DNA of 64,000 bases from a virus (IMGVR_UViG_3300031993_000033:32001-96000), one strand, 5' to 3'. Numbered from the stretch's first letter, positions 1 to 10,718 are shown. Program-made: numbers and translations. Notes: generated by a model not told the origin, from the sequence alone.

Positions 1-679
1 GTGACATATAACTGAGCACCTTGTTAATGTTGAAACCACCCTTGCGATTTATCTCGTCAAAAGACAGCCCCGCCATTAAAGTATTCCATCTATCTTCAGT
101 CAAAGCATCTTCTCTTACGCAAACAATCTTATGCTGCCGTATCTGCCCCGCCGAAGCCGTAAAGAATTTGTACTTATAACCTTGATACATAAAACCGTTC
201 TTTATCAATGAATACATGATGTCATAATAGCAAATGGTCACAATGCAAACCTCCGGATTAAACTGATCTACGCCAGCTTTTAAACCCAATGTTCTTGCTA
301 AATTCCCATCTGGTACAGTAACTCGTTTAGTTAATCCAACCTCTCCATACTTATTGAGAACAGAATCTTCTCGCAAAGAACGTATTATGTCTTTGTTACT
401 TTCAATCTCAACTCGTAGGTTATCTTTTAGCCCTTTAATTTTTTCTCTATAAGCTTTCTTAATCTCTACATTTTCTTCGTCCCATAAAGATATGTCCGCA
501 GAATTTAACAGAGTAATTATTCCACTTTCATCTTCTTGATATTTAGGAGTCGGTCTATTTTTTAAGAACTTACTAAGCTGCTCCTCTGTTTCGCGAATAG
601 AATCATTAATTTCTTTTTCTTTATCGGTATAGAAAGATTCTGTTCCTACGCCAAATACATAGAACAATCTGTTTTTCAA
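1..679 (-). CDS. YonO-like single-subunit phage RNA polymerase, N-terminal part (runs off the window)
   Basis: Not in the ORF track; translated by hand from TTG 679 (GAGGAGG SD): ...NGFMYQGYKYKFFTASAGQIRQHK...LMAGLSFDEINRKGGFNINKVLSYMS, which I recognise as the conserved N-terminal motifs of SPbeta YonO homologues. Confidence 0.75.
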   Translation of the reverse strand, partial: MKNRLFYVFGVGTESFYTDKEKEINDSIRETEEQLSKFLKNRPTPKYQEDESGIITLLNSADISLWDEENVEIKKAYREKIKGLKDNLRVEIESNKDIIRSLREDSVLNKYGEVGLTKRVTVPDGNLARTLGLKAGVDQFNPEVCIVTICYYDIMYSLIKNGFMYQGYKYKFFTASAGQIRQHKIVCVREDALTEDRWNTLMAGLSFDEINRKGGFNINKVLSYMS

Positions 680-1641
680 ACCATTTCCTCCTCACTTGAT
701 AATTCACGCGATTTATTATAAGACCATTCGCCAAAATATTTTTCTTCACCCGCCTTACGAGCTGCAATGGCATCTTCTATATTTTCATAAGAGCCAAGAT
801 AATAACATTTCTTTTTCCCGTTCTTAGCATTAATCCCACAAGCAATTTGTGCCACCCACAATTGTCTCGACTTATTCCAATACACGCCTTTATATCCAGA
901 TGTATTAGTAATAGGTTTCTGTGTGTTTCTCATATTTTCTGCTTTAGTGGCTATTCTAAGGTTACTACGTCGATTATCAAATTTAGTAGAGCTACCATGT
1001 TTATGATCTACGTCCATATCATCAGGACAATCCATAATATAACGATGAAGCATAACTATTCTATTATCCCCAGCATTGCCTGTTAAATACCCTGCACCAT
1101 TTTTGCTCCAACAAATATTTTTGACTTTTCCAAAATCCTCAATATCAACAAGAAAAGGTTCATTCTTTGTGGTGTACATGATTACATATTTGTCATTAAT
1201 CACATAATCATTATATTTTTTGTGAGCGTCACCCATTTTCTTTAAAAATTCCTCAGATTTCTTATAACAACCACAACTGGTAGATTCACCGATAATTAAA
1301 GAATAGTTGTCCACTTCTTTTTCTTTACCGCATTTACATCTACACCTACAAACATTATCGGAATAAGAGTCATCAATTACCGTCCAGTAATTAAATGTTG
1401 CTCCAACATAAATTTTATCTCTATTAGGATATTTACATCTAAAACAATAGCATCTTTTCTCATTATGACCAATAAGATTTGTCGCCCTTGTAGTATGTTT
1501 AGTCTCTCCATGTTTGCATTTATAAATGAAATCAATATCATATAAAGAACCTCGATACTCACTAACAATCTCAATACTATCTCCGTATTTTTCATTAATT
1601 CGACGCATAAATTCATCATGACTCATTGCTTTGCCAGCCAC
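676..1641 (-). CDS. HNH homing endonuclease with AP2-like C-terminal domain
   Basis: CxCxCG and SCGC motifs, MLHRYIM..DVDH..DNRRSNLR HNH core, NTSGYKGV..W.AQI..YLG AP2-like tail. Confidence 0.85.
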   Translation of the reverse strand: MAGKAMSHDEFMRRINEKYGDSIEIVSEYRGSLYDIDFIYKCKHGETKHTTRATNLIGHNEKRCYCFRCKYPNRDKIYVGATFNYWTVIDDSYSDNVCRCRCKCGKEKEVDNYSLIIGESTSCGCYKKSEEFLKKMGDAHKKYNDYVINDKYVIMYTTKNEPFLVDIEDFGKVKNICWSKNGAGYLTGNAGDNRIVMLHRYIMDCPDDMDVDHKHGSSTKFDNRRSNLRIATKAENMRNTQKPITNTSGYKGVYWNKSRQLWVAQIACGINAKNGKKKCYYLGSYENIEDAIAARKAGEEKYFGEWSYNKSRELSSEEEMV

Positions 1642-1701
1642 GCTCTCATCACTCCCTTATCGTTAATTTGTTGCTTTGCTTGCACAAAATAATAGCGAGT
1701 C

Positions 1702-1998
1702 TTAGTACCCCTTGCACATTTCCCGAAGATTTTTCTCCACCCGTTCCAATTCCCCAATATAATCCCTGATAGTCTGTATCTGCCCGTCAGCGATTTTCTC
1801 TCTTATCAGTATCTCCGCCAGTCTCCGCAGCATCGCCGTTACTGTTTTGAAGTAGCCAACTTCCTCTCTCTTCTCAACCACTTCACCAGTAGGCTTGCGA
1901 GTCTTGAAATCTTGCTTCTCGCGCATATATGTATGCACAAGAATGTACTGATTTTCGTCAGCCGTAAACGACCAACCGTCCATAATTATTACGTCCAT
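1702..1998 (-). CDS. hypothetical protein
   Basis: ORF with GGAGGA SD before ATG 1998. Confidence 0.7.
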   Translation of the reverse strand: MDVIIMDGWSFTADENQYILVHTYMREKQDFKTRKPTGEVVEKREEVGYFKTVTAMLRRLAEILIREKIADGQIQTIRDYIGELERVEKNLREMCKGY

Positions 1999-2098
1999 CT
2001 TATCCTCCTTTGATTTCAACGGCAAATTAATGCAAATTTGCCACGCTAATTTTTATAGTATAATTTGACCTTGAAATAATTAGAACGCAAAATACACG

Positions 2099-2272
2099 TT
2101 AGTTTATCGTTATTTCTCCGTTCTTTAGCTTCTCCAAAAATGTCAACGCCTGTTCCTCACTGATTTTCATAAGACAATCCTTATGGTAATAGTCCATAAG
2201 TGCTAATAGAGCGTTTGTTTTCTCCCTGTCGGTACTATAATTCTTAATCTCATTTGTTGTATAACTTGTCAT
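2099..2272 (-). CDS. small hypothetical protein (57 aa)
   Basis: Hand translation MTSYTTNEIK...GEITIN; ATGA-coupled to upstream ORF. Confidence 0.5.
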   Translation of the reverse strand: MTSYTTNEIKNYSTDREKTNALLALMDYYHKDCLMKISEEQALTFLEKLKNGEITIN

Positions 2273-2553
2273 CGCTTATCATCCTTTCCGTAAAAGTCGC
2301 ATTTGTTTCTATCTCCCTTACAAGAACAAGGTTCTTTTTCTTTCGTTCCTGTGCAGGTGTCGTATGTTTCTAAAAACCAATGTCCCTTTTGCCAACACTT
2401 GCATTTTTGCCGACTTAGCCATTTTGTCGCCATCTCGTCATCTATATGAGACAAATCATTGTCCTCGATGCCGTAATATGCCAGTATGTCCTTGAATGCA
2501 GATCCGTGTTTATCGCCACAGTCCATAACTTTCATCAACATCTCAAACTTCAT
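2269..2553 (-). CDS. hypothetical Cys-rich protein
   Basis: ORF in tightly packed operon; start reset to ATG with GGTG SD. Confidence 0.6.
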   Translation of the reverse strand: MKFEMLMKVMDCGDKHGSAFKDILAYYGIEDNDLSHIDDEMATKWLSRQKCKCWQKGHWFLETYDTCTGTKEKEPCSCKGDRNKCDFYGKDDKR

Positions 2554-2848
2554 ACCAATCACCTTCGCAAATATTGACGTGAGGTCTGCCAATTAGTTCT
2601 TCCAAGCGCAGATGAGCGGGGAAGGCAAGAGGAACATTGCACTCTCCAATTTTACCAAGCCAGAGAATTAATTCTTTCTTATAGGCATCACGTTGCCTCT
2701 CCAAATCCGACATCTCTTTTGCTGTTTCCTGTGCCATTGTGTCAACGCCTTTCAAATAACCCTCTCGGAATGCTTCTTCTTTTGCCTGTTTTATGAACGC
2801 CACTATTTCAGGCTCGGTCATAAATTTTCCATCAATCCACATTAACAC
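2543..2848 (-). CDS. hypothetical protein
   Basis: ORF with GGAGG SD, overlaps neighbours. Confidence 0.6.
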   Translation of the reverse strand: MLMWIDGKFMTEPEIVAFIKQAKEEAFREGYLKGVDTMAQETAKEMSDLERQRDAYKKELILWLGKIGECNVPLAFPAHLRLEELIGRPHVNICEGDWYEV

Positions 2849-3072
2849 TCACCTCCGGTCTGCGAATTGTACTCCGAAGCCAAGTGTTGCTCTCTGACAA
2901 CAATATAAACGCCATCTCGTAAAACTGCAAAAGCAACAGAACTTCTATTATCGTGATTTATTGCAACTATCATATCGTCCTCTGTCTTGATTTCGTCTAT
3001 CCCATAGCTTTTACACAATCCAGCTAAATCAGATAGAAAGCCTCTGTGCGCTTCTCTCAAAGTTTCTTTCAT
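2842..3072 (-). CDS. hypothetical protein
   Basis: ORF with AGGTG SD. Confidence 0.6.
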   Translation of the reverse strand: MKETLREAHRGFLSDLAGLCKSYGIDEIKTEDDMIVAINHDNRSSVAFAVLRDGVYIVVREQHLASEYNSQTGGEC

Positions 3073-3271
3073 ATTATCACCTACTTAAAAAACTTTCTAT
3101 ATTAGCACCACCTAAGAACATCATCAAAGAACCCCAAATAATCCAAAACGTTATTTGTGATTTGTCATTTTTATTGGTAGCATCAAATCTGCTCCATAAT
3201 ATATTTACAGATAAACCTGAAATAACTTGAATAATACCAAGTATCATACATCTCATTATTATTATTCCTCC

Positions 3272-3745
3272 TTAATCAAATAATATCTCATACATCACGC
3301 TGTCGTGATACTTGCCACCGAAATAATTACAGTCGTGCATATACCCTACAATTCCGCCACCGTAACGTTTTATCAGTCTCTCGTATATTTTATTTGCATG
3401 ATCGTTGTCTGCCACAGCCCACCACTCAGCTCTATGCAGTCCTTCGGAAATGAGCTTGTCAATGTGGCGTATGCAGTCCACCATGAGTGCTCCGCCTTTG
3501 CCAGTAAATGATATGAGTCCAAACTGACTAAGAGACCTTGCAACCTCGTTATAATGATACGAGAAATAACCATCCACTTCTCCATTTTTATCCAGATGAA
3601 CGAAGTCTCTGCGCCAATCGGTGTTGTCTGGCACTGTAAACTCCCGATAATCGCCGAGAAAATAGTAATCATATTCTGGCTTATACCAACAACCGATCAG
3701 CTTGCGTTTTAGTTCCTCTTTATATAACTGCGCTGGGTAAAGCAT
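3272..3745 (-). CDS. putative GNAT-family acetyltransferase
   Basis: LHRAEW..VADN..ANKIY..GG..G....GKYHD...YEI resembles the RimJ/RimL GNAT C-terminal pattern. Confidence 0.55.
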   Translation of the reverse strand: MLYPAQLYKEELKRKLIGCWYKPEYDYYFLGDYREFTVPDNTDWRRDFVHLDKNGEVDGYFSYHYNEVARSLSQFGLISFTGKGGALMVDCIRHIDKLISEGLHRAEWWAVADNDHANKIYERLIKRYGGGIVGYMHDCNYFGGKYHDSVMYEILFD

Positions 3746-3963
3746 TTAGTTCCACTCCTTCTGATATTCGTACCACGACTGACAACCCTGATAGGTGTCG
3801 TAAGCATCGTAGTCGCTCTGTATGTTATCCGTGTACACATCGGTACACGGCTCTGTTAGAGTCTGTCTGTAAGCCATATAATCATCCACTGTTTTCACCA
3901 CCTTATTTATAATTTGTTGCTTTGCGAGGGGACAGAAAAAGATTATCCCCTCTTTTCAATTAC

Positions 3964-3992
3964 ATTATAACATTAATTATTTACTTTGTCAA
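3964..3992 (-). promoter_or_regulatory. sigma-A-type promoter
   Basis: TTGACA-N17-TATAAT, perfect consensus on the - strand. Confidence 0.8.
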
Positions 3993-5830
3993 GAGTTTTT
4001 TGAAATTTTTTCTACAGTATCTCCCATAACCTCTAAAAAGGGGCTTTCCTCACTGCGTCCATCTTGAACAAAGAATAGATTGTCTTTGGCTCTGGTAGCA
4101 GCCACATACAGAATATGAATTTCTTCATAAATGTTGTCATTGCGCTTATGCGGGAACAAGCCGTCATTAAATCCTGCAACAACCACAGTTTTCCATTCTA
4201 ATCCTTTGGCTTTGTGGACGGTACTCAATGCAACACCACCTTCATCGGTAGCATTGATGAAGTCAATATAATTTTTGGCAAATTCACGTATATCATTATA
4301 CTCCCTTGCTTCTTCTACCATAGACTCTATGTTGTCCATAGCATCTAAGTATGCGTCCTCATTACCTTTGTTTTGATCTTTAACGGCTTTCGCTATATTC
4401 ATCTTCTTAATAAGGCTTCTCAAAGCAGTTGCAGCATTTTTATATTTATAATCTCGTATATGTTCTACACCCTCCACAAAATCAATTATATTGCCATAGC
4501 ACCTATCTTTTGGATATACTGCATACATCGCCGCATCAAAGAGTGAAAGCTTGCGCCTTCTTGCTTTTTCTTCAATCTTATTGAGAGTTGCCTTGCCGAT
4601 ATAGCGTAAGGGAGTGTTAATTACCTTTAAGAAAGCCTTATCATCGTTGGTATCAACAACCAACTTTAAATATTCGCACATGAGCTTGATTTCTCTGGGG
4701 ATTCCGTCTTTACCATTAAAATAACATGGTATCTTGTGTTTATAAAGGCTACTCTTTAAACTTAACAAAACGGAGTTGGTACGAGCTAAGACAGCGATTT
4801 CACTCCAATCGCCAACTACATCTTTCTGCTCCATAAGAATTTTGGGGACGTACTTATATCCATTCATTATTACAGGCTTAACCCCACCCTTGCGGGCTGC
4901 AATAGCATCCATATAATTTTCATCCTCTGCTTCTTCGGTTATGCTTGCAATTCTGTTTGACGTTTCCACAATAGCTTCGGAGCAACGATAGTTTATAGGT
5001 AAGTGAATTACATTCAAATTGTCAAAATCTTTATGCGACCTTAAAAGGTATCTTGAATCTCCGCCTTTAAAACTATAAATGTTCTGTAAACCATCACCCA
5101 CCATAAAAATGTTGCACTTAGCTGCCATGAGTTTAACAAACTCATACTGATCTCCCGACAAATCTTGACACTCGTCGATAAAGATATAATCATACTTATT
5201 CTGTACGTAATCTTTCAAATCTTCGTTTGTCTTTAGGAGGTTAGTGGCTTTCCAACACATCATATCATAACTAATAAAATTGTGAGATTCCATGTAGTTG
5301 AGATAGTCTCTATATATCTTATCGAGGTATTTATCCTCAAAATAATCCTCAAAACCCTTGATATGCTTTGAGTTTTTACAGAGCCTTAAACCAACATATC
5401 TTAGCATTGCTTCTGGGAAGTCGTCATTATGGCTATTTGACTCCATGTCATATTTATGAACAATGGGCGTCATTATATCAATCAGCCCGTACTTTTCGGT
5501 TTTGCCTGTATGATAATCTACCTTGCTATATTTTTCAGTAATGACAGTGGGGGACAACCCCGAATGAGTTACGCAACCTAACGCCGCAGAATGAATAGTG
5601 CTCACCACAACTGATTTGAGAGAAATATCCTTATCTACCAATCTCGACTTCATATTGTCTACCGCTGGCTTACTAAAGGCAATGCATAATATTCTATTAG
5701 GCGGAACAACTTTTGAGAGCCTATAAACCCTATCTACCAAAACAGTGGTTTTACCTGAACCTGCCGTAGCAATGCAAGCGGCACTGCTATCACAGTTAAT
5801 TGCATCTAATTGATACTGATTAAACTCCAT
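3989..5830 (-). CDS. UvrD/Rep/PcrA-family (SF1A) helicase
   Basis: ATAGSGKT Walker A, IDECQD, VGDGLQNIYSF, NYRC, STVHKAKGLEW, YVAATRAK. Confidence 0.92.
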   Translation of the reverse strand: MEFNQYQLDAINCDSSAACIATAGSGKTTVLVDRVYRLSKVVPPNRILCIAFSKPAVDNMKSRLVDKDISLKSVVVSTIHSAALGCVTHSGLSPTVITEKYSKVDYHTGKTEKYGLIDIMTPIVHKYDMESNSHNDDFPEAMLRYVGLRLCKNSKHIKGFEDYFEDKYLDKIYRDYLNYMESHNFISYDMMCWKATNLLKTNEDLKDYVQNKYDYIFIDECQDLSGDQYEFVKLMAAKCNIFMVGDGLQNIYSFKGGDSRYLLRSHKDFDNLNVIHLPINYRCSEAIVETSNRIASITEEAEDENYMDAIAARKGGVKPVIMNGYKYVPKILMEQKDVVGDWSEIAVLARTNSVLLSLKSSLYKHKIPCYFNGKDGIPREIKLMCEYLKLVVDTNDDKAFLKVINTPLRYIGKATLNKIEEKARRRKLSLFDAAMYAVYPKDRCYGNIIDFVEGVEHIRDYKYKNAATALRSLIKKMNIAKAVKDQNKGNEDAYLDAMDNIESMVEEAREYNDIREFAKNYIDFINATDEGGVALSTVHKAKGLEWKTVVVAGFNDGLFPHKRNDNIYEEIHILYVAATRAKDNLFFVQDGRSEESPFLEVMGDTVEKISKNS

Positions 5831-6878
5831 GATTTTTTTCCTCCACTTCTATAAGTTTATATTTACCGTCTTTGTTTAGTTCTTCTATCTCATCCATCTT
5901 GGCTAACAGCCTCTTGCCAATACTAAAATTGCCAATGCAGATTTTTGAAAGAAACTCATAAGCCATTAAATAATCAGCTTCTTCAAAATTCATGTTTGGA
6001 TTCTCAATTCTCTTAACGGCATTATCATACACACTTTCCCGCAGTTCCTTGCCAAGCCCCATTACTAATCTATCATAGCTCATAAACTCATTTCTGTAAA
6101 GACGACACTGCTTTTCATTAACAATATAAATCTCATAAATGGGAAACACATTCATCACATTACAAGAGCCAAGCTTTTCATGATAGTATCTATCCCACTC
6201 TCCTGACTTACTACTAAACCGTCTATCCCTGTCTGTCTTAACACCAGTCATTTCATCTGCATACTTTAATGCTTCTGTGTAGATTTTCATATCTTCATCG
6301 GTGGCAATTGTGGTTTTGCCCGATACATTAAATCCCTCCCCGTTAGGAGTTGCCTTGCACCAATAGAATACATAGTTTTTCTTATATACCACCAGATTCA
6401 TCTTAGTCAAGTAGTCTAACGTCTGTCGTATATAGTAATTAATCTTGCCTGTAACATGGTCAAAGTAATCATAGAGTAAACTTATTTGTAACTCCAACAC
6501 ATCAGAAGTTGTGTGCAGATCTTTATTCATTATCGAATAATAACGATTTACCATATCAATGCTATGAGCCAAAGACATCATGCCGAGAATAATCTTACCG
6601 TCCTTTGACTTATCTAAAATATGTTGCATCACCAAAGGACACGTATATTTATACAGCCCCTTTGTAGTCTTGATATAATCTGGTGTCAGTGGAACTTTTT
6701 TAAAATTCGTCAACTTATACTCGCCACCACCCACAGGAACAACCGTACAATACTGCGACGCTCTTTCCATCACTCGCTTCTTATTGTAACCAGATAGTTT
6801 ACCATCGGTTTCAAACTTCTTAATTTGAGCTTCAGTCCCATATCTTTGAACTAACTCTAATTCTGAAATTTTTTCCAT
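5820..6878 (-). CDS. hypothetical protein
   Basis: Long ORF; GAGG SD before MEKISEL start; no motif recognised. Confidence 0.75.
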   Translation of the reverse strand: MEKISELELVQRYGTEAQIKKFETDGKLSGYNKKRVMERASQYCTVVPVGGGEYKLTNFKKVPLTPDYIKTTKGLYKYTCPLVMQHILDKSKDGKIILGMMSLAHSIDMVNRYYSIMNKDLHTTSDVLELQISLLYDYFDHVTGKINYYIRQTLDYLTKMNLVVYKKNYVFYWCKATPNGEGFNVSGKTTIATDEDMKIYTEALKYADEMTGVKTDRDRRFSSKSGEWDRYYHEKLGSCNVMNVFPIYEIYIVNEKQCRLYRNEFMSYDRLVMGLGKELRESVYDNAVKRIENPNMNFEEADYLMAYEFLSKICIGNFSIGKRLLAKMDEIEELNKDGKYKLIEVEEKNHGV

Positions 6879-7154
6879 TAAATCCCTCACTTTTCTGTTA
6901 AACTTTAAAATTTTTGAGCATTTTTTAATTGACATTTTTACCGATATATCGTCATTTGCAAACATTATCGTAGCACCAAACACCACAGTTATTTAGTTTA
7001 CATATACTGAGGTACTTTGTGCTACACACATTTCTCATGAACGCCTATAATTAGCCAAAACACCACCTCATTTTTTATTTGTTTTTTTAGAAGTTATTTC
7101 TAATTTCTTTCTCTGCCAGTGCAGAACTATCCCCACTCTTTTCTTCCCAATCCC

Positions 7155-7183
7155 ATTATAACACTAATTTCTTACTTTGTCAA
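7155..7183 (-). promoter_or_regulatory. sigma-A-type promoter for the leftward operon
   Basis: TTGACA-N17-TATAAT on the - strand, similar to the one at 3964-3992. Confidence 0.8.
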
Positions 7184-7712
7184 GCCCCTAAAAGAAAAAA
7201 GTTGTCCCTACTGTAATAGTAGCCATGACTTCTTCGGTAGCCCATAATAAAAAAAATAATTCTTTTTCTCCTAAAGGTCGCCCCAACTCGTTCTGTAACG
7301 GCAAGAATCAGAGTTGCCACCACCAAAGAAAAAGTCCGCAAAACTCCCCATTCGTCCCAAAGCCCCATATTTCGCAGAGAAGTGGGGATTTTGGTTGGTT
7401 TTGGTCTAAAAATGCTGGGATTCGCATTATCTCTAAAAGGCTATTTACGGGGTTTTGTCCGAAATTGGTGACGATGAAAAGTGACAGTTTTTGTCGGAGG
7501 GTATGAAAATATTCATATGACTGTGATTGAACACCTTATCCCTATCGCTGCGCTGAATCCGGTATCCTAAATGTAAAATATCCCCACGGATTATACATCC
7601 AGTAAACGGCTATAAACAGCTAAAAAATCAAACAATTGAATTGTCCAAATGCAATTGTTTAAAATCTTATTTTATTAATATCTCTTTAATGGTTACAAGC
7701 TCCTAAAAAAAA

Positions 7713-7752
7713 TGAGAATCATTCTCATATTTGAATTTGAGAATCGTTCTCA
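7713..7752. promoter_or_regulatory. tandem Fur-box-like 7-1-7 palindromes
   Basis: TGAGAATCATTCTCA (7713-7727) and TGAGAATCGTTCTCA (7738-7752). Confidence 0.5.
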
Positions 7753-8347
7753 TTTTGTTCGCTATATGCACAAAAGTATACAAAGGTGAATTTTTGTATA
7801 CTATGTATTATAATTTTTAATAGTATTAACTATCATAGTCAATCCATTTTACACTAAACGCCAAAAAATATACTATTGTGCAATATGCACAACTTTCCAC
7901 AACTAAAGCGCGACTTTCAACAGCCTTGAAACGTCGATATATAGCCACAAAACAGTAAAATGCGCTGTAATGCCGTTTGTAACATATGGGTAATATAATA
8001 TCATTGCTTTTTGAAGAACGTCAAAAAAGAGTATTTTGGAGCGTCTGGGAGTGTGCGAGATCAGCGTATTTGATTAACGATTTTTACTTAGAGGCGGAGG
8101 ATGCAATTTGTAGTAAATAAGTTAATAATTAAAAATGATATGATATTATGAAAATAAATTTAACAAAATATCCGTACTGGCTGCGATAAAAAGTAAAATA
8201 TATAACAAACTGTTGGCTCCGATCTGGATGTATGTTAGAATTAACTAACAAATTGCTTCTGTATATATAATGTATTATAAAGGCAGCATATAATTAACAA
8301 ATAATATTTATTCACAAAACAAATACAAAACATTCATAAAATATTCA

Positions 8348-8376
8348 TTGACATTATTCTAATTATGTGGTATTAT
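8348..8376 (+). promoter_or_regulatory. sigma-A-type early promoter
   Basis: TTGACA-N17-TATTAT with extended -10 TG. Confidence 0.75.
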
Positions 8377-8471
8377 ATAATCACAGAAACGAAAACAACA
8401 CAAAAAGCTAAACGATGAAGGTTTAGCAAATATCACAAAAAACTGAATATAAAGTTTGTACAAAATGACTA

Positions 8472-8500
8472 TTGACAAACATTCAGATATGTGATATACT
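8472..8500 (+). promoter_or_regulatory. sigma-A-type early promoter
   Basis: TTGACA-N17-TATACT with extended -10 TG. Confidence 0.75.
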
Positions 8501-8553
8501 AAAGATACAGTAAAACAAAGTCAATCAAACAATAATTTTAAGGAGGCTTTTAT

Positions 8554-8730
8554 ATGAATAATACAAAGGTTTATTTCGATGGTCAGTTAGAGTGCGGAGC
8601 GTTTATAAAATCCGCATCCGTAACACTTCCAAACGATTATACAATGAATCAGCTTGTACAGGCAATAAAAAGCCGCGGATTCATTAATTTTAAGACTGAA
8701 TCAATGAAAATATTAGTTGATATCCGCTAA
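8554..8730 (+). CDS. small hypothetical early protein
   Basis: AAGGAGG SD then MNNTKVYFDGQLECG...LVDIR; below ORF-track cutoff. Confidence 0.6.
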   Translation: MNNTKVYFDGQLECGAFIKSASVTLPNDYTMNQLVQAIKSRGFINFKTESMKILVDIR

Positions 8731-8824
8731 AAGATAACGGTTTTCTAAAGGGTTTTCCGCAAAAAAGCCCTATTCCACATAGGCAAAAAAACAAATCAAA
8801 TTAATATTTTAAGGAGGCATTATT

Positions 8825-9499
8825 ATGATGTACACTAATATTTTAAAGTCTTTACAGGCTGAAAACACAAACCGCATAAACAACGCTATAAAGGCTATAA
8901 ATGATAATAATATAGCTTTACAGCGTTACGCAACACAGGCAAGATGGAGCGCATACTTCAATCAGAATTTAAGCCGTGAAAAGTGTGTGGAATACACCAC
9001 AAACCGCATAAAAAAGGAAGCTGAAAAGAGCTTAAAAGCTGATATAGCAAGCCTTGAAAAGTACGAAAACGCACCTACAATTGAAGCTATTCAGATTAAT
9101 ATTGATTGGAAGCGTTCAAGTGTATGGGGATATAATCCACACGTTACACTCCGCATATGGTATGAAGGTATATTTGACATTGAAGAATATACAGCAAAAG
9201 CAAGCGGCTGTAATTACGACAAAAGATCACACGCTGTAGCAAGCGCACTGAATCAGTGTGCAGCTATAAAGGCTTTACTTTGTAACATGAAGGAAAAAGA
9301 AATTGAAAACGGCACGGAAATAAAAAAGACTGTAAGCGGGCTTGACATAAATCCGCATTCTTCAGGCTATGGAGCTATACCCTTTGTTGATGGTTGCGGA
9401 ATGTCAGCAATTGAAAATTTACTGGACAAATGCGGCTTTAAACTTACAAAAGAGCACGGCACAAAAACGACTGATTATTATTGGTTTGACCGCAAATAA
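8825..9499 (+). CDS. hypothetical early protein
   Basis: ORF with AAGGAGG SD. Confidence 0.8.
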   Translation: MMYTNILKSLQAENTNRINNAIKAINDNNIALQRYATQARWSAYFNQNLSREKCVEYTTNRIKKEAEKSLKADIASLEKYENAPTIEAIQINIDWKRSSVWGYNPHVTLRIWYEGIFDIEEYTAKASGCNYDKRSHAVASALNQCAAIKALLCNMKEKEIENGTEIKKTVSGLDINPHSSGYGAIPFVDGCGMSAIENLLDKCGFKLTKEHGTKTTDYYWFDRK

Positions 9500-9606
9500 A
9501 ATTCAAATTTCAATGCAGAGTGACGCGGGATTTTTCCCGCGGTAATGCAGCCGGAGGCGGTCACAAGCCCGCTGAATCTGTAAATATATCTTTTGGAGGT
9601 CATACT

Positions 9607-10005
9607 ATGAAAAAGTGTAAAATCAGATTGACGGACAACAGCAAAAAGTTAATTTCTATGCTGGAAATTGATGATGTAAAAGCTATGATTCAGGAATTGC
9701 AGAATCAGGAGCTTGAAACAGATATTTTCAATCTCATTCCCGTTGCTATGGGATGTATTAAAAATTCAACATGGAGCTATTATGACGTAACAATGGAAAT
9801 ATGTAGAAATGCAAGAGTACCATATAATTACTACACGGAAAATAGTGCATACTATGATGTATGGGTAAATTTCAAGGCATTCAATGATTTTGACGGTTTT
9901 TATGTTGTTGGTATTTGCTTATCGGATATTTACAGCATATCAGAGGACAACAAACAGGAAATAAGACAGCATATGTATGTAAGAGAATACACGGAAAATA
10001 AATGA
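9607..10005 (+). CDS. hypothetical early protein
   Basis: GGAGG SD before ATG 9607. Confidence 0.75.
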   Translation: MKKCKIRLTDNSKKLISMLEIDDVKAMIQELQNQELETDIFNLIPVAMGCIKNSTWSYYDVTMEICRNARVPYNYYTENSAYYDVWVNFKAFNDFDGFYVVGICLSDIYSISEDNKQEIRQHMYVREYTENK

Positions 10006-10022
10006 AATGGAGGTTTAAAGCT

Positions 10023-10265
10023 ATGGCAAGACAGAAAATTACTATGGAAAAGCAAGTGAGAAATACGGTTATATATAACGATATTCTCAAGGCTATAGGT
10101 GGAAAAGCTAATGATACAATATCCATATACATTGACAGGAAATTTTACGCACATTATTCACGCTATTTAGGGAATGATGTATTTGACGATATTGCAGCAC
10201 ATAGCAACAAATCAGTTGATTTGATTGACGATCAGACAGGGGAAATTTTACGGCATAAAGCATAA
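10023..10265 (+). CDS. hypothetical early protein
   Basis: GGAGG SD before ATG 10023. Confidence 0.7.
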   Translation: MARQKITMEKQVRNTVIYNDILKAIGGKANDTISIYIDRKFYAHYSRYLGNDVFDDIAAHSNKSVDLIDDQTGEILRHKA

Positions 10266-10373
10266 TAAAATCAAAGTTTTAACATTTAGGCGGCTATTTG
10301 AATACGGAAATTTGAATAGCTGTCTATGTGCTAAAACACATAAATCTATTGGAAATTTAAAGGAGGCTATACT

Positions 10374-10718
10374 ATGAAATATCATAAGATACCAAAAATT
10401 GAAAAGTCGGTATGTACCGCGGAGCAGAAAATTGCATATAACTATGCATCCACATATGCGGATAGATACCGCGATACATGGAAAAAGACAGCGGATCAGT
10501 ATTGTGAATTTCAGAAGTCAGAATTTATACATGAAGCTGTTGAATGGTGTATGAAGCTGATGCGGAATAATGCGGAAATTCAGCGGAAATATGACATTGA
10601 CGCTATATTTTGCGCGCTTAATGCTGGAATGCGGAATTACTTTGAAGCTAAATATAGTATACTGTCAAGCTATGAAGAAATAGGAAAAATGTTTCCTGCT
10701 AACTATTTAAATGTATAA
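10374..10718 (+). CDS. hypothetical early protein
   Basis: AAGGAGG SD. Confidence 0.75.
   Translation: MKYHKIPKIEKSVCTAEQKIAYNYASTYADRYRDTWKKTADQYCEFQKSEFIHEAVEWCMKLMRNNAEIQRKYDIDAIFCALNAGMRNYFEAKYSILSSYEEIGKMFPANYLNV

Noticed and set aside
7180-7506. Two overlapping ORFs in the control region
   Set aside because: No SD, atypical composition, one overlaps a promoter
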